Of a stretch of DNA of 56,239 nucleotides, positions 26,732 through 36,220 are shown piece after piece. The translations under genes were made by a program, and so were the position numbers. The notes beneath the pieces were generated by a model. That model was not told where the DNA came from. It did not search any database and worked only from the letters and a program-made list of their open reading frames with translations. The stretch is taken from positions 1-56,239 of the forward strand of contig JAUWOA010000003.1 in the NCBI GenBank assembly GCA_030612365.1, given 5' to 3'. The stretch comes from Candidatus Thorarchaeota archaeon. Lineage in GTDB: Archaea; Asgardarchaeota; Thorarchaeia; Thorarchaeales; Thorarchaeaceae. The first letter of the stretch is position 1. Each line of letters opens with the position of its first letter.

Positions 26732-28351
26732 TCACGCGTTGTCTGCCGAGTGCTCATTGATCTGTGCTTCATTCAGATAGCAATCAAATGTAGCGAATAT
26801 TCCGCGGTGGATTGCGACGAGATTTGTCGTGATGTCTTCGAGAATTAGCGAAACACGTGGTAGTCGACCACTGAACCGCTTAGCAATGTATCTCCCTGGA
26901 GCCTTAACGAAGGACCAGAACGTGCCAACCTTATCAGCAAGGGCGTAACCAACGAGAATCAGGATGACGCTGAAAAGGTAGATGTTTCGGGGAGGGATGA
27001 GTATCATAAGACTGAGAGCAATCGGCAGCCAAAGCATGGACAGTGAGAATGGTACTGTTTCGTCACTATTTGTGACCATCTGCGCAGACGAAAATATTGA
27101 GAAAAAGGGAGCAAATAGAGTGAAGTAGTACTTGTAAACGCCGCGAGGCCCTGTTATATGAACCCAAAGCAGCATTATCATTGTGAGCAACAGTAGACGA
27201 CGAAGGTAGAAATTCTTCTTGTCACCATCTTTCTTCTGTAGGAACATGAAACCAGCAATGAGAGTCGCACCGAACCAGAGTAAGAAGCCGTAGTATACAA
27301 GCCCATCTAGTACCTGTGCAAGCACGGGCATGCCTACAACTACTGCTAGAATCTGAAGCCGCATCGGGCTTCCATAGCCAGGAGGGTCTGTTAGTGACAC
27401 AAGAGGAAAGCCTCCCATGGCCAAACGCATATTGATCAACATATTTGGCTGCGCTAAGAAGAATGGGAAGATGATAGCTCCAGCAAAGGCGAAGACGATT
27501 AGGACGCTAATCATGAACTGGCGAATATCAAGGGGCTCCGCAATACGTTCCAAGAAACCCTTCGCTCTCTCTGCGGTAGATGAAATTATCCTAGAGGAAT
27601 ACTGCGTCCTCAAAATCAAGTAAATGACAAGCGGAATACCCAAGAACCACGCAATCTGTTTGAATAGTGCTCCTGTCACAATGAGTAGCGTTGCAGTATC
27701 ACGCTTGCCCTTGGTGAGCATGTAGAAGCCTGAGAAAAAGAAGAAGATGAACGGTGCTGTGTTCAGCCACACAAAGGTGGTATGGTACAGAACATTGGGA
27801 TTCATGAGGTAGGTGAAAGCGGCGACTTCGCCAACTCGTCTGTTACCCGACAGCTGCTTGGCAATTCCATATACCGGCAAAGCCGTGAGGTACCCAAAGA
27901 TTGCGAGAAGAAGACCAATTCCCCAGCCATCCACCGGAATCATAAGACCGATAGCATACAAAACGGCAGTAAGTGGGGGGAAGATGTAGGCTCCATTTTC
28001 ATTAACAAACCCATCTAGTTCAATATACCCGAACCCGGGACTGTAGGGCATCACACCTCTGAGCATGTTGTTGCCCCAATGGAAGTAGTAGAACGAATAA
28101 TCCGTGTAGCCCTCGAATTGGTACACCAAAGTGTAGCCGAAAATGTCGAGTTCTCCGTTTCCGAGCCAGACACCACGAGACCTCCAGAAACTGGAGCTGG
28201 TGAAATCAACTACAGCAGCATGAAAAACCTGACTCCAAACAAGACCGGCGAAACAAAGAATGAGTATCAAGACTGCATTCTCAAGCAAGAAACGTAGTCC
28301 ACGCACAGCCCATGAAAATAGAACCCGTTCAGCTCGTTTGGCAAGGCGCAT
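26732..28351 (-). CDS. GT-C fold membrane glycosyltransferase (GT87/PIG-M-like)
   Basis: Many TM helices; DYSFYY...PY and YIFPPL luminal motifs; LFKQIAW; YKYYF. Confidence 0.7.
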   Translation of the reverse strand: MRLAKRAERVLFSWAVRGLRFLLENAVLILILCFAGLVWSQVFHAAVVDFTSSSFWRSRGVWLGNGELDIFGYTLVYQFEGYTDYSFYYFHWGNNMLRGVMPYSPGFGYIELDGFVNENGAYIFPPLTAVLYAIGLMIPVDGWGIGLLLAIFGYLTALPVYGIAKQLSGNRRVGEVAAFTYLMNPNVLYHTTFVWLNTAPFIFFFFSGFYMLTKGKRDTATLLIVTGALFKQIAWFLGIPLVIYLILRTQYSSRIISSTAERAKGFLERIAEPLDIRQFMISVLIVFAFAGAIIFPFFLAQPNMLINMRLAMGGFPLVSLTDPPGYGSPMRLQILAVVVGMPVLAQVLDGLVYYGFLLWFGATLIAGFMFLQKKDGDKKNFYLRRLLLLTMIMLLWVHITGPRGVYKYYFTLFAPFFSIFSSAQMVTNSDETVPFSLSMLWLPIALSLMILIPPRNIYLFSVILILVGYALADKVGTFWSFVKAPGRYIAKRFSGRLPRVSLILEDITTNLVAIHRGIFATFDCYLNEAQINEHSADNA

Positions 28352-28427
28352 GATGCAAAGGCTGCTAAAACCTCTGAATAATGTTTGTGATTGGAGAAAG
28401 AACCAGACTCATGTATTAATCGAATCG

Positions 28428-30515
28428 TTACATGAGAAGTTTCGCAGTGGCAGATGATCCACTCTTGGAAACCAAGATGGCGGGTACACTATCCCAGCCT
28501 TGAATGTCGGTGTGCGTTATCAGCAAGATTTGTTCGAAGCTCTGGTCGTTCACCAAGTTACTAACAACAGAGGCTCTGCGGTTCTTGTCAAGGCCTCCAA
28601 GCGGTTCGTCAAGCATAACACATCGAATCCGAGGAGCTATCGAGGGACTGTCCCTTAGCGGCCGAATAGAGCTCATCGTCCTACTAATTCCTAGACGAAG
28701 TCCTAGGCTAACGGCAGTTCTGTCACCAAAGCTCAGTTGTGTTGTTTTCTTCGTGGCATTGTCTCGCTGATCGTGTATTTTCAATGCCAATCCCGCGCCA
28801 GAGCGCCCTTTCGCAGCCGTCGGAACTAAATCAATTCCAGTATATTGATTGTTTGTAAACGCGCGAACGTATTCGTTCGTAGCACCCCTGATAATACCCA
28901 ACAGCCGCTTTTGCACCACGTAATCAGCCACAAAACCGCTAACTAGTTTTAATCTAACATATTTGGTATGCTCGTTCAGACTCCTCAACGAATCCATCTC
29001 TGCACCAAGCTCACGCATCTTCACGGATTTGGCATCTAATTCCTTAATGGCGCCTTGCTCCCTGTCGATGAGTTTTCTAAAGGAATCGCATTGGCCCACG
29101 ATTTCACCGAGCTTCGTGGAGAGGACATCAAGCCTTCGTTGAAGATCAAGAACACTCTTCCCTCCATGCTTCTTGAGGAGCGACTCAATGCTAGTCACCC
29201 CAGCCTTCTTGATAGCGTCCAAGAGCTTCGCTTGCTGCTTCTCAAGGCGTTTCTCGGCTTTATCAACATCCTTCTGTTTCTCTTTGATACGGCACACAGC
29301 ATCATGCGCCCTGGAAATATCAGACAAGTGTTCCTTGACACCACTGATCTCATCTGATACCTCCACACGACGAATCTTGAGTGTCTTGGCCTTTTCTTCG
29401 TCCTGTTTCAGTACCTGCCGGTATTCTACCAGCAGATTCTCACGCTCTTCGACGGAAAGAGGCTTTGCGCAGGTTGGACATTCAGCGACGCCTGAATCGT
29501 CATCTACGGAAACACCTTCAAGAGTCACTACCTTCTCACTGAGGTCCTTTTTGGCCGCATCGATTGCTCCCAGCTCGCGGTCAACTTCGGTTGTTTCTGT
29601 TTCGAGTTTCTTGCGACTGACCTCATATCGCTTGGCTTCCTTCTTGAGAATTTTCAGACGTGCTTGTACAACTTCAGTTTCAGCTGATGAAAGACCAGCA
29701 TCTGCAACGTCAGAGTCCCGATAACGCATGCTTGAGTTATGGTCACGCTCTTTTCTCTCGCCTTCTTGAGTTAGGGCGCGTATTGCCTCAAGACCTTCAG
29801 GATCAGGCATTTCCTTCAGATGGTCCTTGATCTCGCCAGCTTCTGCTTCGTTGCTTTTGAAACTGTGTTCATAATCCTCTATTCTTATCTTTGTATCATT
29901 GATCTGTTCCGCGATATGCTCAGGACGAATGTAATCGTCTTCAAGCCCTCTAATCTGGGCTTCAAGGTCCAACTCGAAGCTCTTCAGATGATCTGACATT
30001 TTGTCCAATAGCTCAATGTTGTATATCCTCACTATGAGGTTTCTTAGCACGGAGGGAGTGGCATTGGCGATTAGAGCCACTTCCCCTTGGCGAACCAGCA
30101 ACGTGTTCAAGGCTTGCTGCAGATCAAGGTTCAGAATCTGCAGGAGTTCATTGCTCACAGATTTGCTCTTATCTGCAAGACGCTTCCATGCATCCCCTGT
30201 CCGTGTGTACAAAACAACAGCCATTCCTTTGGCAGAACTATAGGACCGGTCCATTTTGTACCGAGTCCCAGCAACCTCGAAAACTAAGACCGCCTTGCAC
30301 CAAGTTGATGTGAAACTGACGAGTTCATCATTGGTAAGACCAACAGCATCAGGCCCCCACAAAGTCCATAGTATTCCTTCGAATATTGAAGACTTCCCAG
30401 TCGAGTTCGGACCCCGGATGAGTATCAGTCCTCCAGGCAGTTCGCCCTCTCCCTCAGGGAGCTCGAGGTCTCGAAATGGCTTGAAGTTCTTCAATTCGAG
30501 ACGAAGTAGTTTCAC
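28428..30515 (-). CDS. rad50: Rad50/SbcC ABC-ATPase, short, with Zn hook
   Basis: LKNFKPF, Walker A GPNSTGKSS, central CPTC hook within coiled coil, signature LSFGD, Walker B/D-loop LDEPLGGLD and H-loop ITH. Overlaps mre11. Confidence 0.88.
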   Translation of the reverse strand: MKLLRLELKNFKPFRDLELPEGEGELPGGLILIRGPNSTGKSSIFEGILWTLWGPDAVGLTNDELVSFTSTWCKAVLVFEVAGTRYKMDRSYSSAKGMAVVLYTRTGDAWKRLADKSKSVSNELLQILNLDLQQALNTLLVRQGEVALIANATPSVLRNLIVRIYNIELLDKMSDHLKSFELDLEAQIRGLEDDYIRPEHIAEQINDTKIRIEDYEHSFKSNEAEAGEIKDHLKEMPDPEGLEAIRALTQEGERKERDHNSSMRYRDSDVADAGLSSAETEVVQARLKILKKEAKRYEVSRKKLETETTEVDRELGAIDAAKKDLSEKVVTLEGVSVDDDSGVAECPTCAKPLSVEERENLLVEYRQVLKQDEEKAKTLKIRRVEVSDEISGVKEHLSDISRAHDAVCRIKEKQKDVDKAEKRLEKQQAKLLDAIKKAGVTSIESLLKKHGGKSVLDLQRRLDVLSTKLGEIVGQCDSFRKLIDREQGAIKELDAKSVKMRELGAEMDSLRSLNEHTKYVRLKLVSGFVADYVVQKRLLGIIRGATNEYVRAFTNNQYTGIDLVPTAAKGRSGAGLALKIHDQRDNATKKTTQLSFGDRTAVSLGLRLGISRTMSSIRPLRDSPSIAPRIRCVMLDEPLGGLDKNRRASVVSNLVNDQSFEQILLITHTDIQGWDSVPAILVSKSGSSATAKLLM

Positions 30516-31825
30516 CCAGATTCCTCCTTCGAAATCGTGTCCAGAGTGATCTTCTCCCCACTGCGTCCAACTGTAATCTCAAGAGCACGCACTGCAATTC
30601 GAGTTAATGTTTCAGGGTCGTACTTCTCGTCGAGTGATAGCGTTTCTAGATAAGTCTTGAAATCCTCCTCGGGGTCTTCGATAAGATACTCGGATTCTAT
30701 CTCAGGGTATGCTGCTTCATCATGGTCGATTTCGCGACGTCTTGTTGTCCATACAAGCTGCACGATGTTATACTCGGAGTCCTGTGATAAGATCTTCATA
30801 CGAAATGATTCCATTGCGAGGCTAAGGTCGAACCCACTGATTCTCGAAGACCCGCCTTTGAAGACTAGTCGCACTCGTGCGGCAGTAGCCGAGTCCCACG
30901 GCCCCTTCAGATTTTTCTCGTTGAACAATGATTCTATCCTTTGAACGATAGATTCAACTGTATCATCGGCCTCTATTGCAATCTTCTCGGTGTAAACAGG
31001 CCGTGCAAAATTGATGTGGTGCGGAGTGACTATCGGAACCTTTCCACTCTCAATGTCAACTACAAGGAATCCTTTCTCATGTCGAATTTCATCAAACCTC
31101 CACCGCTCTGGAGAACCAGCGTACCACGCATTCTTTGCATGCTTGTGCTGATGATGGTCGTGACCTAATGCGATGTAGTCATATCCCATGCTGAAGATTG
31201 CTGGTTGAAGGCTACGATCAATGTCCATTCCGTGTGCTACTGCAATAGATGGGCGATCAGAATCCGGAAGCTGGTGAGTTGTGATCCAGTCGTTGAAGGC
31301 AGTTACTGCGCCAGCAGATTCGAGAACGTTGTACTCGATGAAAGGAAAACAATAGACATTCAGTTTCTCGTATGAACGCACGAGTGGTTTTCCTTCCCGG
31401 AAAGCAAGCTTCATCTCCTGTTGTGTAGCCACATCCAGACCGGGAATTGCCATCTTCAGGCTATCAAGAAATGACACCTCAAGATTCCGGTATATGCCGT
31501 GATTGCCCTCCAGTATCAGAACAGGTATGCTGGTTTTCTCAATGAATCTCTTTAGCACGGTAATGACTGTTTCTCTCGCAACAACAGGAGGTTGAGTAGG
31601 GTTGCCCTCCCAAGGTTGATTATAGAGGTCTCCAGAATGGACCACAATATCAACCGGCGGATCAAGCTCGGCTATCCTGGTAAACAGCTCTGAGAAACGC
31701 TCGTAGAAGTCGTTCTCGAGGACTCTGGTGCGCATCTCAACTGCCCAGATGTTATGTCTAACACCTTCTCGAGGCTTTGTGCCAAGATGGGTATCAGAAA
31801 TATGAGCAACTCTTACAGTCATCAC
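30512..31825 (-). CDS. mre11: Mre11/SbcD nuclease
   Basis: HISDTHLG, HSGDLY, LEGNHG, VAHG, ALGHDH and YAGSPER. Confidence 0.88.
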   Translation of the reverse strand: MMTVRVAHISDTHLGTKPREGVRHNIWAVEMRTRVLENDFYERFSELFTRIAELDPPVDIVVHSGDLYNQPWEGNPTQPPVVARETVITVLKRFIEKTSIPVLILEGNHGIYRNLEVSFLDSLKMAIPGLDVATQQEMKLAFREGKPLVRSYEKLNVYCFPFIEYNVLESAGAVTAFNDWITTHQLPDSDRPSIAVAHGMDIDRSLQPAIFSMGYDYIALGHDHHQHKHAKNAWYAGSPERWRFDEIRHEKGFLVVDIESGKVPIVTPHHINFARPVYTEKIAIEADDTVESIVQRIESLFNEKNLKGPWDSATAARVRLVFKGGSSRISGFDLSLAMESFRMKILSQDSEYNIVQLVWTTRRREIDHDEAAYPEIESEYLIEDPEEDFKTYLETLSLDEKYDPETLTRIAVRALEITVGRSGEKITLDTISKEESG

Positions 31826-31833
31826 TCTACTCC

Positions 31834-33603
31834 TCAGAGAATGTGTTTCTCTCTCTTCTTGCTGGACTTCTTGCTCTTGTACTTGTCCTTATCGCGTTCG
31901 AAGATTGTATCAAACAACGGAATCTTGACAGGTAATGGCAGCTCTCGATATGAGGCAGTCAGCAATGCCTCACCTCGCGCCATCACTCGGAATTCATTCT
32001 CAAATCCAGAGATGTTAACACTTGCGTTATCGATGCACGCCCTAATCTCACGTTCATTGCCCATCCGCAGGTTAATTTCCGTATTCATCTGACTGAGAAT
32101 CACATTATCAAGTACGCTCACTTGTTGACTTACAACTAGGAGTCCAATATTGAATTTCCGTCCTTGCCTTGAGATATCCTTGAATACGGAACGTCCCTTC
32201 ATGAGTTCGGGATTGAGGATTGAAGGAGCCTCCTCTACTGTAATCTGAATGACCGGTAGATTACGCGGATTTTTCACCTCAGTAGAGTCACTTACCCCTC
32301 CACGACCATAGAAACTCCGAGCCATTTTCTTAACTCGACTGAAGAAGGATTTCGGTAGCCGCATCTGCCCTTGCTTTTCGAAATCTCCCAAGTTACCACT
32401 ACTTTTCACAGCTCGCCTCATGTCAGACAAGGTTCGGGTAACCACAGTTGTCAGGAGGAATTGTTCAGTGTCGCTCATCAAGCTTGTGTTCACGACTAGA
32501 ATGCGACCAGTTTCCATCGCCTCATAGATGTCATCAAGAATTGACGTTCCATCCTTGATGAATATCGGGGAACGCTTCAAGAATCGGAGCCTCCGCTGGA
32601 CTGCGCTCATTGTCCCCTTGGGTGTAGACATCCCTTCGGGTTCGTCTTCCATTTCAAGTATCTCAGCAATCCAGTCCTCATTCTTAGCCGCATACATAGC
32701 ATCAATGAATGAATTCATCTGGGGCGTGAATTCAGTGATAGAGTACAAATCCCGTGGTTGAATTTCATTCCACTTGACTCTGATTTCCTTGGCGTACTTC
32801 TTTACGTCCCGCGGCGTGGCTCTCAAGTGTGTTGTCAGGTAGTAGAAGTTCCCTAGGACCTCTGACCTAAGCGTTGGACTCATGGCTTCTACTATGTGGT
32901 GAATTCCGTATTTGTCCACGCCCTTGGCGAATTCATCATGCGGGTCGATACAGAAGGCAGATATCCGAAGCACCTCACCATCAGGGTTTGTGTTTGCCTC
33001 GATATTGGTGTCAATCAATGATTTGATGAGAACCATCATGAGATTGCTCTTTCCAGAGCCTGTTGAACCGAATATCCCAACGTGCATGGGCAGAAACTTG
33101 GAGGGAATCATCACAGGCACATCAAGAGTTGCTTCGCCTACTTGGAGGTCTCCAACATACATCTCACCGCTGGTCTGAGATTCAAGCATCGTGCTTACGA
33201 TGGAGTCTGATATTCCGCGCTTTGGTCTGTACACAGACGCAAGATGATCGGGCAAACGGCGTGGAGAACGAAACACCCACTTATTATCAATACACTCTGC
33301 GTAGCCAAGCATTCGGCCCTGTACGTCCAAAAGCATGTTGCGCTCAATCCCCGAGAGATACGCGTCGCCTTCTACCATGAGGGTGCTAGCAACACGGCTC
33401 ATGTCATCTACTTGCCGCAGATAGTTCTGGAGGCCTAGAACGCGGAAGAAAAAGACCCTCTCATGACCATCACGCGTTGAAGTAATCATGAATATCTCGC
33501 CGACACTAATGTCGCGATTACTTCCCATTATTTCTAGGTTAGTCTGGTTGCCCACACCAACTTTTCCGAATAGTTCGCCTAGATTGTCTTTGTTGAACAT
33601 CAT
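31834..33603 (-). CDS. herA: HerA helicase/translocase
   Basis: HAS-barrel-like N-terminus, HVGIFGSTGSGKS, TVEEAP and RQGRKFNIGLLVVSQQ. Confidence 0.9.
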   Translation of the reverse strand: MMFNKDNLGELFGKVGVGNQTNLEIMGSNRDISVGEIFMITSTRDGHERVFFFRVLGLQNYLRQVDDMSRVASTLMVEGDAYLSGIERNMLLDVQGRMLGYAECIDNKWVFRSPRRLPDHLASVYRPKRGISDSIVSTMLESQTSGEMYVGDLQVGEATLDVPVMIPSKFLPMHVGIFGSTGSGKSNLMMVLIKSLIDTNIEANTNPDGEVLRISAFCIDPHDEFAKGVDKYGIHHIVEAMSPTLRSEVLGNFYYLTTHLRATPRDVKKYAKEIRVKWNEIQPRDLYSITEFTPQMNSFIDAMYAAKNEDWIAEILEMEDEPEGMSTPKGTMSAVQRRLRFLKRSPIFIKDGTSILDDIYEAMETGRILVVNTSLMSDTEQFLLTTVVTRTLSDMRRAVKSSGNLGDFEKQGQMRLPKSFFSRVKKMARSFYGRGGVSDSTEVKNPRNLPVIQITVEEAPSILNPELMKGRSVFKDISRQGRKFNIGLLVVSQQVSVLDNVILSQMNTEINLRMGNEREIRACIDNASVNISGFENEFRVMARGEALLTASYRELPLPVKIPLFDTIFERDKDKYKSKKSSKKREKHIL

Positions 33604-33616
33604 CTATCATCTCGTG

Positions 33617-34909
33617 TCAAAGATTGTAGTCTTCCCGAAGAGGAACTGCCCTCCGGGGGTCCTGATTACTTGCACGAAGTATATCCCGGTATACTTCACG
33701 CGCAAGCCCAAGGTCCTCATAACTGAGCTTACATGCCTCGTGGGCGAGAGCTAATGCCACTGGATAGCCGTACCACCTTGCGTCCCTAGACATGAACTCT
33801 AGATCACGAAAGAGCTGTTTCTCATTCGCTCTTGTTGTTACGGGGTCGCCACGTACGAAGATGTTCTTGAGCCACCAGATTCGATCGAAATCAATTCGCG
33901 AGGGCCTGTTGTCTCGTGAGAAGCTGAACAGGTATGGCACCGCAAGTCTTGGCGGGATGTATGTCCTGTCAGTGTAGATGTGAAGACCTCCATTCGAATC
34001 ATTCTTTGACGGTAGCAGACAGAACCATTTCGCCTCCGCGCCGAACATGTCTGCGGCCATATTCGCAATCCTGTGTGCAAATGGTATCGTGTGATTTTTG
34101 CTCACAGCACAAAGAATGACTCCTTTGTTTCGTGCCAAGCTGCAGAGCTCTCTCAGCATGAAACCGCCTGGCATCGAGGGGTATTTGAGAACGTAGTGCA
34201 TGAAGACACTCATTGCACCATCAATCAGAATATACTTTGGCTCGAACTGGCTAGTGAGAATTTTTCTGATAGCGGCGTATTCTGATACTTTTCTGAGTTC
34301 ATCATGGACCACGGGGTTGGTGAGGTATCCAGCCCTTGAAATGAGAGAAACCATATTCTCTAGTTTGGATTTGTGGCGAGCAAAGTCAGTGCTGTCCAAG
34401 TCAGAGAACGATTTGATTTGGGGCCCTAGTTCATCTCGGAAGAAATGCATCACAAAGTCAGTTGGGTCCTTATTGGGATAGATGTTCGCCAGGCTTTCAG
34501 CCATCTTGTTCTTTGCATCGTGGCGTACGCTGGAGTGCCAATGCATATCGAGATGGGGTTGTTCTCCAAGTTCGGCTTCCATAGCCGCTCGTTCCATTAT
34601 CGAAAACGGGGAACCTTTCTGTGTGTTAGTGTCAAGTATCACGGTTGCGGTGCTTAGCAGATGGATGCGTATATCATCCAGCATGCCAAAGTTCTCAGTC
34701 CCAGATCCGTCAACAGCTGCAACGAGGAAGTCCTCATCTAGTACAATATCAGCCGGGTAAGACTCCACGGTATCAAGGAGGTCCTTCTTGATCCTCTCCT
34801 CGTCCTTGGCGAACTCTTCCTCATCCCGACGGTCTTGCTGGTTCTGAATATCTTCAAGAACTGTCCTTAGTAGTTTCCTGAACTTATCGGTGAGAATCTT
34901 CTCGAGCAT
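33617..34909 (-). CDS. nurA: NurA 5'-3' nuclease
   Basis: AAVDGS, ILIDGAM, CAVSK and GYPVALALAHEACK. Start placed at ATG 34909 after GAGGGG. Confidence 0.85.
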   Translation of the reverse strand: MLEKILTDKFRKLLRTVLEDIQNQQDRRDEEEFAKDEERIKKDLLDTVESYPADIVLDEDFLVAAVDGSGTENFGMLDDIRIHLLSTATVILDTNTQKGSPFSIMERAAMEAELGEQPHLDMHWHSSVRHDAKNKMAESLANIYPNKDPTDFVMHFFRDELGPQIKSFSDLDSTDFARHKSKLENMVSLISRAGYLTNPVVHDELRKVSEYAAIRKILTSQFEPKYILIDGAMSVFMHYVLKYPSMPGGFMLRELCSLARNKGVILCAVSKNHTIPFAHRIANMAADMFGAEAKWFCLLPSKNDSNGGLHIYTDRTYIPPRLAVPYLFSFSRDNRPSRIDFDRIWWLKNIFVRGDPVTTRANEKQLFRDLEFMSRDARWYGYPVALALAHEACKLSYEDLGLAREVYRDILRASNQDPRRAVPLREDYNL

Positions 34910-35464
34910 CAAACCCCTCTTTTCTAATTGGCAAACAAGCATTCAAACGACTGCCACTGTTCAGTGTGGATGCAATCATAAAAAGATAGCACTCTGAATG
35001 CTTGAGTCAATGAGGGTGTGTAACAGCTGCAGAAAACCTGTACAAAGCTAGACATCTCTTAGACGAATAGCGAATCGAAGACCCTTTTTTGTAGGTGTTA
35101 ATATACTCCAGAGAGGGACCTGTACATGTTGTGTCAATCTAGGACGAAAACCAAGTCCAAGGATGACTCTACCGTCAGTTGGCCGGGACGTAAAATGCCC
35201 GTGGAGAAGACGTAAGACTTGTCGCAAATCCAGTAGGATCTGCAGAGCAGACCTCGATGAAGCAGGAACCGAACATCAGTTCAGGACCTTGATGTCTAGG
35301 ATTGTCTAGGTTTCGGGTAACGGCAATACCTGCGTAATATCACCAGTAGCCAATACTGAAATTTGCTTGTGCGGAATTATCTTTTAAGGACAGACCGCAA
35401 CGAGTCCTCTGTAGCAAGTATTCTGGCTAAATGGTAACTTAGCGAAGCGACGGGAAGTGCTTGA

Positions 35465-36160
35465 TTGCTGAAACTCACATACTTCGGCCATACGACATTC
35501 GTCCTGGAGTCCAAGGACATCACACTCCTGCTGAACCCAGGGATTTGGAATGGCGAACCCGTTGTACCTGAAGACATTGACGTGAGAATCATTGTGGCGA
35601 CAAACCGTGACGATGACTCTGTAGGAAATGCCGCTGAAATTGCAGCCAATGCCAAGGCTTGGTTCCTAGGAAACGAGGAAACAGTTGAGAAGGTCAAGTC
35701 TCAGGGCGGAAAATCTTGGTTGCTTCATACACTCAAGGCTGAAACAACCTATGAGACCCCTGGCCTAAAGATTAGTGCCTACTCCCTTCAGAAGAAGGAC
35801 TCCACGTCTGGTGAGAGGTACGAGAACCTTGGACTCTATATCGAGATGGGCGGCATGAAGATCGGCTATCTTGGTGATAGTGTAGTGCAAGGTCCATTCG
35901 GTGAATTCGAGATGGATGTTCTCATTGCTCCCATAGGGGGCGGAGAGGTGTTCGAGGTAAAAGACGCGGTCAGTCTATGCCTAGACGCCAAACCCAGGAT
36001 TGGCATCCCTGTAAGGTGGACTTCATTAGATCAACCATCGAATTTCGCGAAGTATGTATCCCAATTCGGACAGGGAGTTATACCCGTAGTCATGGAGCAT
36101 GATCAAGTCCTAGAGATTCATTGGGCTGCAGGCAACGAGTTTAGACATGCATTATCCTAA
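35465..36160 (+). CDS. Metallo-beta-lactamase-fold protein (UPF0173-like) with degenerate metal site
   Basis: KLTYFGHTTF and IGYLGDS fit the fold. THxHxDH is replaced by TNRDDDS and the final IPxH by IPVR. Confidence 0.8.
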   Translation: MLKLTYFGHTTFVLESKDITLLLNPGIWNGEPVVPEDIDVRIIVATNRDDDSVGNAAEIAANAKAWFLGNEETVEKVKSQGGKSWLLHTLKAETTYETPGLKISAYSLQKKDSTSGERYENLGLYIEMGGMKIGYLGDSVVQGPFGEFEMDVLIAPIGGGEVFEVKDAVSLCLDAKPRIGIPVRWTSLDQPSNFAKYVSQFGQGVIPVVMEHDQVLEIHWAAGNEFRHALS

Positions 36161-36220
36161 TCCATTCGCTGAGCTGCTCTTTGAGCGGAATACGCATTCG
36201 AGAGGTTAAGAGAAAGACAA

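Noticed and set aside
28428-30515. SMC condensin or Wadjet ATPase
   Set aside because: It has a CxxC Zn hook instead of a hinge and an Mre11 neighbour, with no kleisin/KITE genes.
31834-34909. HerA-based anti-phage system (Sir2-HerA or HerA-DUF4297 type)
   Set aside because: The partners are NurA, Mre11 and Rad50, the established resection set; no sirtuin or other effector is present.
34943-35464. RNase P RNA, SRP RNA or rRNA in the large gap
   Set aside because: No GAGGAAAGUCC/AACAGAA P4 motifs, SRP helix-8 motif or rRNA signature on either strand.
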